From: an uncultured virus (IMG/VR IMGVR_UViG_3300020471_001437)
Lineage: Duplodnaviria > Heunggongvirae > Uroviricota > Caudoviricetes
Reading direction: 5' to 3' (one strand)
DNA: 64,000 nucleotides
IMG/VR virus record: IMGVR_UViG_3300020471_001437
The notes below the pieces were generated by a model. That model was given only the letters and a program-made list of their open reading frames with translations, searched no databases and had not been told where the DNA came from. Positions within the stretch are counted from its first letter, which is position 1. Each line of letters opens with the position of its first letter. Shown piece by piece: positions 16,954-27,249 of the stretch. A program made the translations under genes and the position numbers.

Positions 16954-17667
16954 TTACTCTCTCCTCATCAATATCTTTCCTTGGGACACCCAACTACCTC
17001 TACCCGACTCATGTAAGGCGGGAACAAGGTGGTGCTCAAGGAATGTGTTAATTTGGGATAGGTCGTTGAAAGTCCACTTAGGGAACAACGGGTGTTGGAT
17101 TTGCTTTGTCAGAGTTATGATGTCCGTCTTAGGTTCAACAATGCGGTCTGATTCGAGAATGATTTCTACCATCCTTCTCGCATCTTTCGGGTTCTTCGGG
17201 TCGTACAAGTTTGCTCGTTCATTGAACAGAGCATCAATGTCACAATCGTCTGTGATGTAAAGAGCGGCTCTTGCCCCTGCTTTACCTGAAGTAGTGGGTA
17301 ACTTGGAGTCATGTTTCCTGAAACCGGCAACGTAATTTCTGTTTTCGAATGTTTTCATGATTGATGCCCACGAAGAGCGAGGGATGTCGGCAGGTACTAT
17401 GCCTTGTTCGATGGCAATCGGTTTGTTGATGTAACCTCTGATTCCTCGGACGTCTGCAAAAGAGGTTAGGTGTTCCTCGATTGCCGAGTAGACGTCTTCG
17501 TTAGAGTTACGGACGCGCACCCCTTTGATGAAGTTCGAAGCGTTTCTTCTGACTACCTCGCTCTCACTATTGAGTGCGAACTTTAGTTGCCGGAGTGCTT
17601 CTTCCTGTATGGCGGGGTTCATAGAAATGAATGACTGAACCCAAGAATCTGTTGTCTGTCTAACCAT
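16954..17667 (-). CDS. Hypothetical protein next to the putative origin (possible initiator)
   Basis: GAGGTGA RBS before ATG at 17667; first gene of the MCM operon. Confidence 0.6.
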   Translation of the reverse strand: MVRQTTDSWVQSFISMNPAIQEEALRQLKFALNSESEVVRRNASNFIKGVRVRNSNEDVYSAIEEHLTSFADVRGIRGYINKPIAIEQGIVPADIPRSSWASIMKTFENRNYVAGFRKHDSKLPTTSGKAGARAALYITDDCDIDALFNERANLYDPKNPKDARRMVEIILESDRIVEPKTDIITLTKQIQHPLFPKWTFNDLSQINTFLEHHLVPALHESGRGSWVSQGKILMRRE

Positions 17668-17730
17668 CTGCTTCTTCACCTCGCTACGCTGGGAGTTAGC
17701 CCGAACTACAACAAGCATATGAAGTTTGTT

Positions 17731-17968
17731 AATTTGTACGTGTACGAATGTAGTGTACGAATAGATTCCTTTCAGTACCACGGTTTATTCGTACAGTGGT
17801 ACAAAGCAACCACAATGAAAACGCTATACTGCAATGGATTTTAATTCGTACAGTCTATTCGTACACGTACGAATTCAGGGCGAGCGCGTATAGCGTCTTT
17901 TTTCCTACACGATGTTACATACAATACAATACAAAACAAATCATTTCTTTTCTATTCTATTCTATTCT
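17731..17968. promoter_or_regulatory. Putative replication origin / iteron cluster
   Basis: TGTACGAAT at 17741 and 17754; inverted copies at 17787, 17844, 17857; near copy at 17866; 14-bp inverted repeat 17736-17749 / 17857-17870; AT-rich (ACAAT)n and (CTATT)n tract; upstream of the MCM operon. Confidence 0.55.
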
Positions 17969-18309
17969 TCTTCAGCATGATAAAGGACATCTCTGCCCAA
18001 AATTACCGGATTCGAAAGTTTGCTACGGTCTGCTACGGTGAATGTTGTACCGACAACACCAACGGTGCAATCGAATTCGGCGTAGCATCTTCTTCTCTTG
18101 GTGACACCATTTGCGTTGCGCACCTTCACAATTGTGCCTGTGTATTCAACACCAACGAAATCTGCAAGGTGTTCGTCAATTGAAGATGAAGAAGCACCTG
18201 TATCACAAAGAGCCTCTACTGTCACGGGCCATCCTTCGTCGGTCAGGAAAGTGACATTGATGACGGGACCATCACGGAGGAGAGCCGTATGCACGGGTGT
18301 GTGCCGCAT
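17962..18309 (-). CDS. Retropepsin-like aspartic protease
   Basis: ALCDTGASSSSID and VILGRD motifs; GGAGG RBS before ATG at 18309. Confidence 0.8.
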   Translation of the reverse strand: MRHTPVHTALLRDGPVINVTFLTDEGWPVTVEALCDTGASSSSIDEHLADFVGVEYTGTIVKVRNANGVTKRRRCYAEFDCTVGVVGTTFTVADRSKLSNPVILGRDVLYHAEEE

Positions 18310-18940
18310 CCAATCCCTCCTCTTCGTTGTACCAAAACCACCACATGTTGTTGCGCTTCCAATAGGTAATGCCTTCCCTTTCTTCAAGAATCTCTCTTAC
18401 CTTCTTCCTATCATCGTAATCATAGGTGTCCGGAACTAAACCTTTCTTCTTCCAATCAGCGTTGGCTACACCACCATTGTCAGAGATGTAGTCAAGGATT
18501 GCAAGAGCACAGTCATTGTGTGTAACAGAATCGGGTTCATCCTCTGAAGGTTTGTACTCGTCTTCAAGTACGTCAGGGTTTTCTTCTTCCACGGGTAATT
18601 CATCATCTTCCTTAGTGAAAGTGAAACCGGATTCAATTGTTTTCACCTTTTCCCCGTCGTCAACATAGTCTTCTTTGTCAGGCCATACGCCAATTTTTGT
18701 CCCTACCAATTCGTTCAGTTCTTCAGGGCTCATAATATCAAGTACAGAATTCGGGGCTTCACTCTGCTCCAAGTTGCCGACTCTTCTTTGTAGAGACTCG
18801 ATACTACCAAGTAATTCTACTTGTACCGTGTCTAATTTTTTCTCGAGATTGCCGAGACGTTCCTTGATTTCTTCTATGTCCTGTTGACCAATACCTGCTG
18901 AACGTCCAAGCATTGACCACGCTGAAGTTTTCTCCTCCAT
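18272..18940 (-). CDS. Acidic coiled-coil hypothetical protein
   Basis: ORF; start moved to MEEKTSAW to avoid overlap with the divergent glutaredoxin-fold gene. Confidence 0.6.
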   Translation of the reverse strand: MEEKTSAWSMLGRSAGIGQQDIEEIKERLGNLEKKLDTVQVELLGSIESLQRRVGNLEQSEAPNSVLDIMSPEELNELVGTKIGVWPDKEDYVDDGEKVKTIESGFTFTKEDDELPVEEENPDVLEDEYKPSEDEPDSVTHNDCALAILDYISDNGGVANADWKKKGLVPDTYDYDDRKKVREILEEREGITYWKRNNMWWFWYNEEEGLDAAHTRAYGSPP

Positions 18941-19000
18941 GTTACCCGTACGCTTCGTAGTGGTCAAAAGCGTGATGTAGCCGAGCACCCTCGGAAGGTC

Positions 19001-19234
19001 ATGCCGACCAAACTGTTCGGGGCCTCTTGGATGAGACAAACACGTACCGCAATCAACATTCTTGACGACGCGAACATTGGATACCAATTCATAGACGTAC
19101 ACGCCGAACCCACCATTGCACTTGCCCTCGAAGGGGCAATCGGACCGTACACATTACCCGTCTTGTTCGTAGATGGTCGAGAGTACAAGGGGGTGGAAAG
19201 AGTCCGTGAGTACATCAAATCAACAACCAAGTGA
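19001..19234 (+). CDS. Glutaredoxin-fold protein lacking CxxC
   Basis: KLFGASW(MRQT)...YQFIDV...TLPVLFVDG..YKG; no cysteine. Confidence 0.65.
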   Translation: MPTKLFGASWMRQTRTAINILDDANIGYQFIDVHAEPTIALALEGAIGPYTLPVLFVDGREYKGVERVREYIKSTTK

Positions 19235-20093
19235 AAGTTCATCCTATGTTGTCCCCGACGACTTCGAATGTATTGTCGACCTACCCGACAACAAGTGTGC
19301 CGCTAAGAAGGGCAAATTCATCTCAAGTGACACTCACTTAACATGCGAGTTTTGCGGCGGGCAAGTGGTCGCAATAATCAACGAGCCCGAAGAATCAATG
19401 CAAGTTGGTGAAGAAGAAAGTGACGACGACGACGGAGATTATGTCGACGAAGTTACTGTTTCCGAATCAGAGATGCTCGCAGGTAGAACACCGGAAGAAT
19501 CGGCGGCGGCCTTGGCCTTCACAGCAATTGATAACATCAAAAATATCTGCCGGACATCCCCCGACACAGATATACAACAATTCGGAGAATGGGTTGACAG
19601 CAACAAATTTCAAATCAGAGACATATACATGATTCTGTTCGCAAAGGACTTCTTTTCTCTTGGTCAATCTAAGGAAAGAAGAGTTATGGGAATCATAGTA
19701 GCGTATGCAACCTATATTGACAAGTTCGAAATCCTTGGTAAAGTGTATGACTTCTTGAACTTCAACGAAACGATGTCTCGCAAAGATGCCGATAGAGTCT
19801 ACGAAGAATACACCGGAGATACCGAATCAAGAGTGCTGATGTGGATACGAATCTACGGAGACCAACTGAAAGTCGAGAAAGAAATCATTAGAACAGCAAT
19901 TGAGATGTGGGAGACAGCAGAACCCGTGTACGTAGCCACAGATGAACAGATAAGAGCAGTAGTTTGGTTGATGCTAACCCGTTCAAAAATCACAGGGAAG
20001 AAATTCAACCGAGCCGCACTATCAAGAGCGACAGGCTTTGATTCAAGAACAATAGCAAAAGTGCAAAACAAGTTTGAACCATATTTCGAGTAA
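19173..20093 (+). CDS. TFIIB/TFB-like transcription initiation factor
   Basis: N-terminal Cys cluster (C...CEFCG), acidic linker and C-terminal cyclin-like helices ending in an HTH (RAALSRATGFDSRTI); start uncertain. Confidence 0.55.
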   Translation: MVESTRGWKESVSTSNQQPSESSSYVVPDDFECIVDLPDNKCAAKKGKFISSDTHLTCEFCGGQVVAIINEPEESMQVGEEESDDDDGDYVDEVTVSESEMLAGRTPEESAAALAFTAIDNIKNICRTSPDTDIQQFGEWVDSNKFQIRDIYMILFAKDFFSLGQSKERRVMGIIVAYATYIDKFEILGKVYDFLNFNETMSRKDADRVYEEYTGDTESRVLMWIRIYGDQLKVEKEIIRTAIEMWETAEPVYVATDEQIRAVVWLMLTRSKITGKKFNRAALSRATGFDSRTIAKVQNKFEPYFE

Positions 20094-20126
20094 CGGTTAA
20101 GGCTGATTGGAAGCGTCGCTTGTAGC

Positions 20127-20756
20127 ATGGCCGACATCAAGTGGAACGAGTTCCGGTCTTTGCACAAGGGACTCGAGAAAGAAGAAATTAGTGAACTATG
20201 GGCGCAATACAAGGAAGGCGAGTATGAGATACCTTCCCAAGAAGCCGAAGAACAACCAACCGAAGAGACTGTCGAAGAGACTGTCGAAGAGACTGTTGAA
20301 GAGGCAGTCGAGGAACCCGACATAGACCCGTTAGCAGAGTTTGGTAAACTATTCAATGAACTATTCAACAACCCGACACTTTCTGAAGGTGAAGCAAACG
20401 CCCTGCGTGCAGAATTGATGCAAGTAGCCAAAATGACCGGCATCCAAGACTATGTCTGCGAACCAACAGATGGATGGAAACTTTGGCTCGGACCTACTAA
20501 GGCCGCAGTACTTTGTAACGAAACCAAAGATGTAGCCTTTGCATGTAACCGAGGGTGGTGGCACACATTCTACCACGGCGCATCTCTATGTTACGTTGAA
20601 ACATGCAGTGAAGCACAAACAGTCCACCGCATGGCAGACTACTTCAGAAAGAGAGACCGGTTCATCGAGCGTGTCCCGATTCCATCTGTGGAAATCATGC
20701 TACCCGCTTCCAAGTTGGAAATCATCAACAAGGCAAGCGGGAGTTGGAACCCTTGA
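20127..20756 (+). CDS. Hypothetical protein with acidic EETV repeats
   Basis: ORF; 12-bp repeat x3 near 20261-20296. Confidence 0.7.
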   Translation: MADIKWNEFRSLHKGLEKEEISELWAQYKEGEYEIPSQEAEEQPTEETVEETVEETVEEAVEEPDIDPLAEFGKLFNELFNNPTLSEGEANALRAELMQVAKMTGIQDYVCEPTDGWKLWLGPTKAAVLCNETKDVAFACNRGWWHTFYHGASLCYVETCSEAQTVHRMADYFRKRDRFIERVPIPSVEIMLPASKLEIINKASGSWNP

Positions 20757-21187
20757 CCTCGGTCGAGGAACTCGCCGAACAATTAGCCGCCATGCAACAA
20801 CAAATGGCAAATATGGTCAAAGGCGATGACAAACTTCCCATTCAAGATGAGTTGTACCTTGTGTACAACCCTCACACTGTAAGGGTGTGGTGTCATAAAA
20901 CAGACTGTCCACACCTTGAACGCGAATCAAGAATCGACATGGTGTCACAACCCATAGACGAAGACTTGGCCAAGGCTATGTTAGAAGATGGCGAAGAAGT
21001 TCCCGAAGAAATCAAAATTCCTGTCGTCCGGGTTAGTGAACCACGGAACGGCGCACACCCACTTGGTATTATGGCCGTATTTGGTACAGAAAGAGAAGCA
21101 GTTCGATTCGTAGAACGATACTACAAGCAAAACAAGAGTTTCATCGGAGTGGGGTTTGAACTTCAAATCTCCAAGGTGGACATCTGA
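20744..21187 (+). CDS. Hypothetical protein
   Basis: ORF in operon-like arrangement. Confidence 0.6.
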   Translation: MEPLTSVEELAEQLAAMQQQMANMVKGDDKLPIQDELYLVYNPHTVRVWCHKTDCPHLERESRIDMVSQPIDEDLAKAMLEDGEEVPEEIKIPVVRVSEPRNGAHPLGIMAVFGTEREAVRFVERYYKQNKSFIGVGFELQISKVDI

Positions 21188-21423
21188 TGACAGAGAAGCC
21201 GAGACACAGGGCGCACGCGAATTACTGCGACATATGCGACGCGCCTATGCCCAACTCAAGAAAGCGCAGAATGGAAATCAACATGTGCATGACGTGTGTT
21301 CGACACCCACCCGAACATATGCGATGCGGAGCAATTACCTCCCAAGGCACACCATGTAAAGCCCTTGGCAGATTCAATGGTAGGTGTCACAATCACAAGG
21401 AATCCCAATCGACATCTTCGTAA
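21187..21423 (+). CDS. Small double zinc-finger protein
   Basis: CDIC...CMTC and RCGAITSQGTPC...GRCHNH. Confidence 0.6.
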   Translation: MTEKPRHRAHANYCDICDAPMPNSRKRRMEINMCMTCVRHPPEHMRCGAITSQGTPCKALGRFNGRCHNHKESQSTSS

Positions 21424-21938
21424 TGCTCTTTGTCAGAGTCACTATTCTCTATGATTCTTCGAACGGCTTCCATATCTGCCCCATGCTTGAATCTCTTCAT
21501 GAACACTGTACGTGTCGCTTCGCCCCTGTCTACTTGTGTAACTTTCGGAATCAGTCTTCTATTCCAAGGATTTGCGCCTTGTAAGTAGAGACGCAAAAGT
21601 CTTACAGCCATGTGCACCAAAGCAGAATCAGACAATGTTTCCACTAACTTACCCTCGTCATCGTGGTACTGCGAGGTTGACACTATACGTTCAAACAACA
21701 ATTGAGCCACTTCCTCGGGTATGTACTTCCACGTTTCCACTTCAGAGAGATAACGAATCTGTGTCAAGTCATTCAGAACTTCCCCCCTCAAGGTGATTTT
21801 GAGATTAGATTTGTCTACCGGAACCGGCTCTAAATCATCTGTAAATATTGCCCGGAGTTTCTCCTCCCGCATTCTCATTTCGCGAATTGAACGCAAATTC
21901 AAATCAAGATTTTTCTTCGGTCTTCCACGTTTAGGCAT
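21393..21938 (-). CDS. AT-hook-containing DNA-binding protein
   Basis: N-terminal MPKRGRPKK. Confidence 0.55.
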   Translation of the reverse strand: MPKRGRPKKNLDLNLRSIREMRMREEKLRAIFTDDLEPVPVDKSNLKITLRGEVLNDLTQIRYLSEVETWKYIPEEVAQLLFERIVSTSQYHDDEGKLVETLSDSALVHMAVRLLRLYLQGANPWNRRLIPKVTQVDRGEATRTVFMKRFKHGADMEAVRRIIENSDSDKEHYEDVDWDSL

Positions 21939-22052
21939 GTCATTTCCCCTGTGCAGACGATGTTGAAACCAGCCATGAACGTTTTCCATACTTTTGTAAG
22001 TTGACTGTTTCAAAAGTACGATAATTCAAAACACAAATCAAGCGTCTCGCTT

Positions 22053-22421
22053 ATGTCCAATGCGAAGCGTACGGGATTCATGCAGGTGACACCGACCAGC
22101 GTGGTAGTGCGCGAAAGGAATGGAGAAGAGAAAAAGTACGACAGTCCAACTGTCTTGATGGCAGACTTTGGTTTGTGGGTAAAGACAGACGAAAGTTTGA
22201 GCATGTATACATGGGAAAGAGTAGTCAAGTTGAGTTTCGACGGAGAAGATTCAATCAAGAAAGTATGGGAAGAAGCAGTACTGACTGTTTTCGAAGACTT
22301 ACTTGAAGACCTCGAAGATGAATTCGAAGACGAATCAGAATTAACAGAAGATTCTGCACCGGAAGTCCAACAAACAGAACAACCAAGCGCAGACGACCCT
22401 GAAGCAAACCCGTATCAGTGA
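22053..22421 (+). CDS. Hypothetical acidic protein
   Basis: ORF, first gene of a + strand operon. Confidence 0.65.
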   Translation: MSNAKRTGFMQVTPTSVVVRERNGEEKKYDSPTVLMADFGLWVKTDESLSMYTWERVVKLSFDGEDSIKKVWEEAVLTVFEDLLEDLEDEFEDESELTEDSAPEVQQTEQPSADDPEANPYQ

Positions 22422-22430
22422 GGTGATTGA

Positions 22431-22922
22431 ATGGTGAAAGAGAAAGACTTCTTTGCAGGTGGAGATGACTTCGAACAAGCAGAGATTCTCAACCCTACGA
22501 ACAATTTGGACACCAAACTCAAAACAATGCAGGATGATTGTATGAACATTTACGCATTGATGATTAGTGACCCACACAAACACGCCGCATCTGCTTTAGA
22601 TGAGTTACGGCGCAATGTGATTCGCACAGCCGCCGCGCTAATGGAGCACGGCGTCAGAATACAAATTCCAACTAAGGAGCGTACAGCAGAAGACGTAATG
22701 AAAGAAGCCGCAGGAGAACTTGGTTCCATGTTTGGTGCTAAAGGAGTTGCTTACGGTCTTTCATTTGTTAACCGCGTGCGTGAAAACATAGCATCCGGTG
22801 GAGAAGAGATAGTAATTTACGAAGACGAAGATGGCGTTCTATACGTTATTGACGACGACGGTAATGAAGTCGAATGTGATGAGGAAGGAAACCCGTTAGA
22901 AGGAGATGATGACAATGAGTGA
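22431..22922 (+). CDS. Hypothetical acidic protein
   Basis: GAGGTGA RBS at 22420. Confidence 0.7.
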   Translation: MVKEKDFFAGGDDFEQAEILNPTNNLDTKLKTMQDDCMNIYALMISDPHKHAASALDELRRNVIRTAAALMEHGVRIQIPTKERTAEDVMKEAAGELGSMFGAKGVAYGLSFVNRVRENIASGGEEIVIYEDEDGVLYVIDDDGNEVECDEEGNPLEGDDDNE

Positions 22923-24411
22923 AGAAGAATATGACTTTGAAGACATGAGTCAAGACAGTGACGACCCACAATGGAGTTCGTTGACAACTGAACAAAAGAA
23001 AGAATTGATGGTCGAGGTATTCGATGATGACGAATGGTATTCAGGCACCCCTGCACACATTGGTGGAACCGCACTACCGGAATTCGGTGAAATAGCGTCG
23101 CGCCTTTCCGCACCGAAATCTGACATTATGAAGTACTATGCGGCTTGGGTCAAAACCAAAGGCTTGAATCCTCAAGAAGTAATGTCACGTGGTAAGACAA
23201 TGGAACCTGCCCCACCGACAAGTACCCAACCACCTACACAACAAGAGCAACCTATGATGTCCCCACCAAAGGTATCACCATCGGGTGCAGGTGTAGCCGG
23301 TCAAATGAAAGGCGCACTAATGAATGACATGCTTGGTTCAATGTTTGGTGGCACTCAACAAAGCGGTGGCGGTAACGACATGAAATACATGATGGGTATG
23401 ATGATGATGTCCAATATGCTCGAATCAGAAAGACGGCAACACGAAGCACAAATGCAAATTCAACGTGAACAGTTCGCCGCCTCTCAAAACAATTCAATCA
23501 GGCAAGAGCAACAACAGCGTCAAGATATGATGATGACTCAACAGATGAATTTCATGAACAACATGTTCAAACAAGGGATGAAATCCAATGAAGATGAATT
23601 CAGCACACTATTGAAAACCGCCGCAATGGAAAAAGTCGCAGACAATCTATTCGGTGGTAGTGAATCAACAGCAGAGAGAATCTTGAGCAAGGTTCTCGAC
23701 CCTGATGCGCTTGGTGCCGTGGTGGCGGGTGCAAAAGGAGTCATGACAAACCGTCAGAACGCCGTACCTGCTGGATACGACGTGCCGTCGTACAACCCAT
23801 ACGCACAACCACTGCCTAACCCCGCACAGCAACCTCCCGCACAAGCACCCCAACAAATTGAAGAAGAAGGCGAATTAGGTGGTTTCTTCGAAGGGCCGGA
23901 ACAAGAAGGCGGTCCAACAGGTGTTTCTGAAGTAATCGAAGTTACCGATGCAGAATTCAGAGACACATTGATTGAAGCATTCAAGCAAAACATGGGCCCC
24001 CAATTGGAAGACGAAAAGACCCGCAAGGCATTGCTCGAACAGATTGACATTGCAGTTTCAACTGTAAAGGTCAAATATCCTGAACTAACTCCGCAGAACC
24101 AATTAGAAAAGATGTCACAGCAACTCATTCTTGTTCGCTCATTGAGAGACATTGGTATGGGAATGAGAGAGGCTCAAAACTACCTTGATAACGGAGTAGG
24201 AGAGGGAACTGTCGTTAGTGGTATCAAAGACGAAATCATCAAGCAACCGGTGTTCGCGCAAATCTTTGCAGAGAATACTTACACCGAAATGATGGGTATC
24301 ATCGAACCATACAAGAATACCGGAGGCGTCGTGCATGACTACAACTACCTGCTACAACCTGAAATTGCAAACTTGTGTAGAAAGGTACTCGAGTCATTCA
24401 AGCAGGGGTGA
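22906..24411 (+). CDS. Gln/Met/Pro-rich low-complexity protein
   Basis: 501 aa ORF with Q/M-rich coiled coil. Confidence 0.75.
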   Translation: MMTMSEEEYDFEDMSQDSDDPQWSSLTTEQKKELMVEVFDDDEWYSGTPAHIGGTALPEFGEIASRLSAPKSDIMKYYAAWVKTKGLNPQEVMSRGKTMEPAPPTSTQPPTQQEQPMMSPPKVSPSGAGVAGQMKGALMNDMLGSMFGGTQQSGGGNDMKYMMGMMMMSNMLESERRQHEAQMQIQREQFAASQNNSIRQEQQQRQDMMMTQQMNFMNNMFKQGMKSNEDEFSTLLKTAAMEKVADNLFGGSESTAERILSKVLDPDALGAVVAGAKGVMTNRQNAVPAGYDVPSYNPYAQPLPNPAQQPPAQAPQQIEEEGELGGFFEGPEQEGGPTGVSEVIEVTDAEFRDTLIEAFKQNMGPQLEDEKTRKALLEQIDIAVSTVKVKYPELTPQNQLEKMSQQLILVRSLRDIGMGMREAQNYLDNGVGEGTVVSGIKDEIIKQPVFAQIFAENTYTEMMGIIEPYKNTGGVVHDYNYLLQPEIANLCRKVLESFKQG

Positions 24412-24416
24412 TTTGA

Positions 24417-25289
24417 TTGTCAGATGATTGGGATAGTGAATCAGCGGACGCTTTAGACGAAGACGTCGTAGCGGTGTTGCCTAAAGAAATTGATGTTGAC
24501 CAACTTGTTTCAATCGCTAATCAACTTGACGAAGGTTCTGAAAAACTAATGGCACCATGGTTGTACCTTGTGTTGTTTTTCTTACCTGCTACGATTGCAT
24601 TTGTCATCTCATACATGTACCTTGAGTGGGATGTTCTGTTTTCAGCAATTACATCTCTTGCAATCATGAACGGTTCAATCAACATGGTTATCGCATGGCT
24701 TACTATTCGACTCGACGGTCATTCCAATGAAGCACTCGACCATCTCGAAACAATCATGGATGAAATGGATAAATTGGAAGATACGTTGGATGAAGCGAAC
24801 AATATGGTGACCTCATTTACAACCGACCTAAACGAAGCGAAAGAACTGTTTGGTAAGGTAGGTGTTGATTTGAATGACCTTGACCTTGAACCGATTGCGG
24901 ACGTTGTCGAATCACTAAAGATGAACAAGGAAGACCTCAATGAAATACTAACAAACTTGCGTGAGGTTGACGTCAAGCACTACATTCACGAAGCAAAGCA
25001 AATTGATTGGGATGCGCTACTCGCGGGTCTGAATGATGTAATGGGATTCATCAAAGCAAAGCAAGGTGAAACTACGCCACGAAAGAAGATTTCACAACCA
25101 ATCAATGTAATGCCAACCTTTGACGACGACATGCCGGAAGACGAAACACTTGATGACTTTGACATCTTCGACGACGAAGAAGACGAGGAAGATGAATACC
25201 GCTTAATGCCTATGCCAAAGGTGAACGCACCTAAGCCTAAATTGAAGCGAAACGCACCGAAGAAGTTCTCGCTCAAGCGGAACCGTTGA
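24417..25289 (+). CDS. Membrane protein with coiled coil
   Basis: Two hydrophobic helices, then an acidic coiled coil and basic tail. Confidence 0.7.
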   Translation: MSDDWDSESADALDEDVVAVLPKEIDVDQLVSIANQLDEGSEKLMAPWLYLVLFFLPATIAFVISYMYLEWDVLFSAITSLAIMNGSINMVIAWLTIRLDGHSNEALDHLETIMDEMDKLEDTLDEANNMVTSFTTDLNEAKELFGKVGVDLNDLDLEPIADVVESLKMNKEDLNEILTNLREVDVKHYIHEAKQIDWDALLAGLNDVMGFIKAKQGETTPRKKISQPINVMPTFDDDMPEDETLDDFDIFDDEEDEEDEYRLMPMPKVNAPKPKLKRNAPKKFSLKRNR

Positions 25290-25722
25290 GTTCCTCGGCC
25301 TTTGAGAATTCAACAGCCACGAATGGTGCTTCTCCCTGTGCACAGATTATCTTGTCTGCGACTAATCTAACGATTTGAGTGTCGTTTAGAAACACAACGG
25401 ATTCACACGCATCAAAGATTGCTTTAGTGAGATTGTCAATATCAGGTCGCTTAGTGTGCCATGACCTGACACGTGGGGTGCGTTTCCTGTATTGACTCTT
25501 GGGTAATGAAAACCCAAAACGAATTCTTGCAACTAAAGGGCCTTGTAATGGGTCATCATAACCGGATTTGTCCATTGCTGATGAAGCAACGTCCTTGATG
25601 AATGCCTTCCAATCCTTCGACTTCTTTGGGTCAAAGGCTCTCGCCTGTCCTCTGATGGTTGTTAATCGCGGTCTGCCTTGCGCTACCGGTTCTGCCTGTA
25701 TTCGGAATCTTACTGACTCCAT
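25273..25722 (-). CDS. rusA: RusA-like Holliday junction resolvase
   Basis: EPVAQGRPR...KRPDIDNLTKAIFDA...NDTQIV. Confidence 0.88.
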   Translation of the reverse strand: MESVRFRIQAEPVAQGRPRLTTIRGQARAFDPKKSKDWKAFIKDVASSAMDKSGYDDPLQGPLVARIRFGFSLPKSQYRKRTPRVRSWHTKRPDIDNLTKAIFDACESVVFLNDTQIVRLVADKIICAQGEAPFVAVEFSKAEELNGSA

Positions 25723-25795
25723 GTACAGACGCAGGTTGGCATCGGACTTTACACTTGGGGCAAGTCCAATAAGCATACACATCATCGGCCTGCAT

Positions 25796-26482
25796 ATGGC
25801 GGAGCGAATCTTACGCATGAAATTCCCCGCAGGCACTCGTCCCGAGGACAGATTCAAACACGTTGTTCACCTTCTCGTACAACTAATCGAAGATGGGTTG
25901 CGTGATGAGTATGTTCGCAGAAAGGCAGTTGAAATTGTAAATCGCGCAGGTATACGCGGGCATGACGAACTCGGAGAAATCCGTGCAATCACTAAATGGG
26001 TTCAACACAATGTGGTTTATCGAAAGGACCCAATCAACGTTGAATACTTTCAAACAGCAAGACGGCTCATCAAAGATGTTGAGTCAGGACGCTCGGCCGC
26101 CGACTGTGATGACTTTGTAATTGTGTGGGGTGCGATGCTTGGTGCGCTTGGTTACGAGGTCGCCGCATGTATCGTTGACAGCAATGGAGACGGAATGCTA
26201 AATCACGTTATGGGTCTTGTGAAAACATTCGCACCTACGCCGCAGTTTGGCAACAAATGGATTCCTTGTGAACTCATCTTCACAGACTTTGACCTTGGAC
26301 AATCAGTCAAAGTTTCACAAGTATACCCACTTACTGCTGATGGCAATTCAACACGAATACCCGTGATGATGCAGAAGTTGGCTGGGCTTGCCGGAATTGG
26401 CAATAATGAGCATACACATTCAAATGTAGGATATGTCCACCCTGCGGCAAGGCTGTTGGGTATAATGAGGGGGAAACGATAA
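25796..26482 (+). CDS. Transglutaminase-like cysteine protease (candidate maturation protease)
   Basis: WVQHNVVYRKDP...EYFQT...ADCDD...HV...E triad pattern; start moved to MAERIL. Confidence 0.75.
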   Translation: MAERILRMKFPAGTRPEDRFKHVVHLLVQLIEDGLRDEYVRRKAVEIVNRAGIRGHDELGEIRAITKWVQHNVVYRKDPINVEYFQTARRLIKDVESGRSAADCDDFVIVWGAMLGALGYEVAACIVDSNGDGMLNHVMGLVKTFAPTPQFGNKWIPCELIFTDFDLGQSVKVSQVYPLTADGNSTRIPVMMQKLAGLAGIGNNEHTHSNVGYVHPAARLLGIMRGKR

Positions 26483-26823
26483 TGTCGTGGTTCGGAAAAG
26501 ACGAAGAAGAAGGGATGACTAACGCGTTTGTTCCTGATTTAGATGGTGCCGGACAAACCAATCTTGGTAACTCAAACATGATGAATATTCCCAAAGACGA
26601 TTCTGCAATGAACTTGGTCAATGACCCAAGCACAAAGGAAGCATTTAATCTCGGTTCCGCCCCTATTCCTCCACCCCGTAAGGGGTTACGCAAAGCAATG
26701 CCCAAGTTCAATCGGGCCGTTGGTGACATCCAATGGAAGACCGGTGAAACGTGGGGAGTTTTGATAGGGGGTATCGCTATCGGCATGGTAGCACTGACCG
26801 TATGGAACCGTGCAACACGTTGA
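26482..26823 (+). CDS. Small membrane (putative virion) protein
   Basis: C-terminal TM helix; LDGAG motif. Confidence 0.65.
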   Translation: MSWFGKDEEEGMTNAFVPDLDGAGQTNLGNSNMMNIPKDDSAMNLVNDPSTKEAFNLGSAPIPPPRKGLRKAMPKFNRAVGDIQWKTGETWGVLIGGIAIGMVALTVWNRATR

Positions 26824-26851
26824 TAGACAAAACATACAATTGGTGATAGAA

Positions 26852-27238
26852 ATGGCACAAATGAGCGCAAAAGAAGCAAGACGAAGAGGACTTACCTCAA
26901 AGACAGTATACCCAAGGTCTCCGGACCCGAATGCAGGAATGTTCGTTAGTAGAGACGTAAACCCACAAGAGGTTGAACGCTACGACGCAACTCCAATCAT
27001 GTTCGGCGGACTTGGTAATGTAAATTGGTTCGGCAATGAGCCCGAATCAAAAGTTACAGGTGGGGCTAACATGTACGTCAATGGACTGTACGGTGTTGGC
27101 GTTACACAAGAAGATGAATTGGCATACCTCGGCAACGTCGAGCATTACAAAGACCCTGATTTCTACCTTGGTGGGGCAACAGGTCTAATGCTTGGTGCAG
27201 TCGCACTATTCGCATTAAAGTGGACAGGTCGCCTGTGA
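26852..27238 (+). CDS. Small membrane (putative virion) protein
   Basis: GGTGA RBS; C-terminal TM; MFGGLG motif. Confidence 0.65.
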   Translation: MAQMSAKEARRRGLTSKTVYPRSPDPNAGMFVSRDVNPQEVERYDATPIMFGGLGNVNWFGNEPESKVTGGANMYVNGLYGVGVTQEDELAYLGNVEHYKDPDFYLGGATGLMLGAVALFALKWTGRL

Positions 27239-27249
27239 TTGGCAGGTGA

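Noticed and set aside
20261..20303. 12-bp tandem repeat as a regulatory or guide element
   Set aside because: In-frame EETV low-complexity linker within a CDS.
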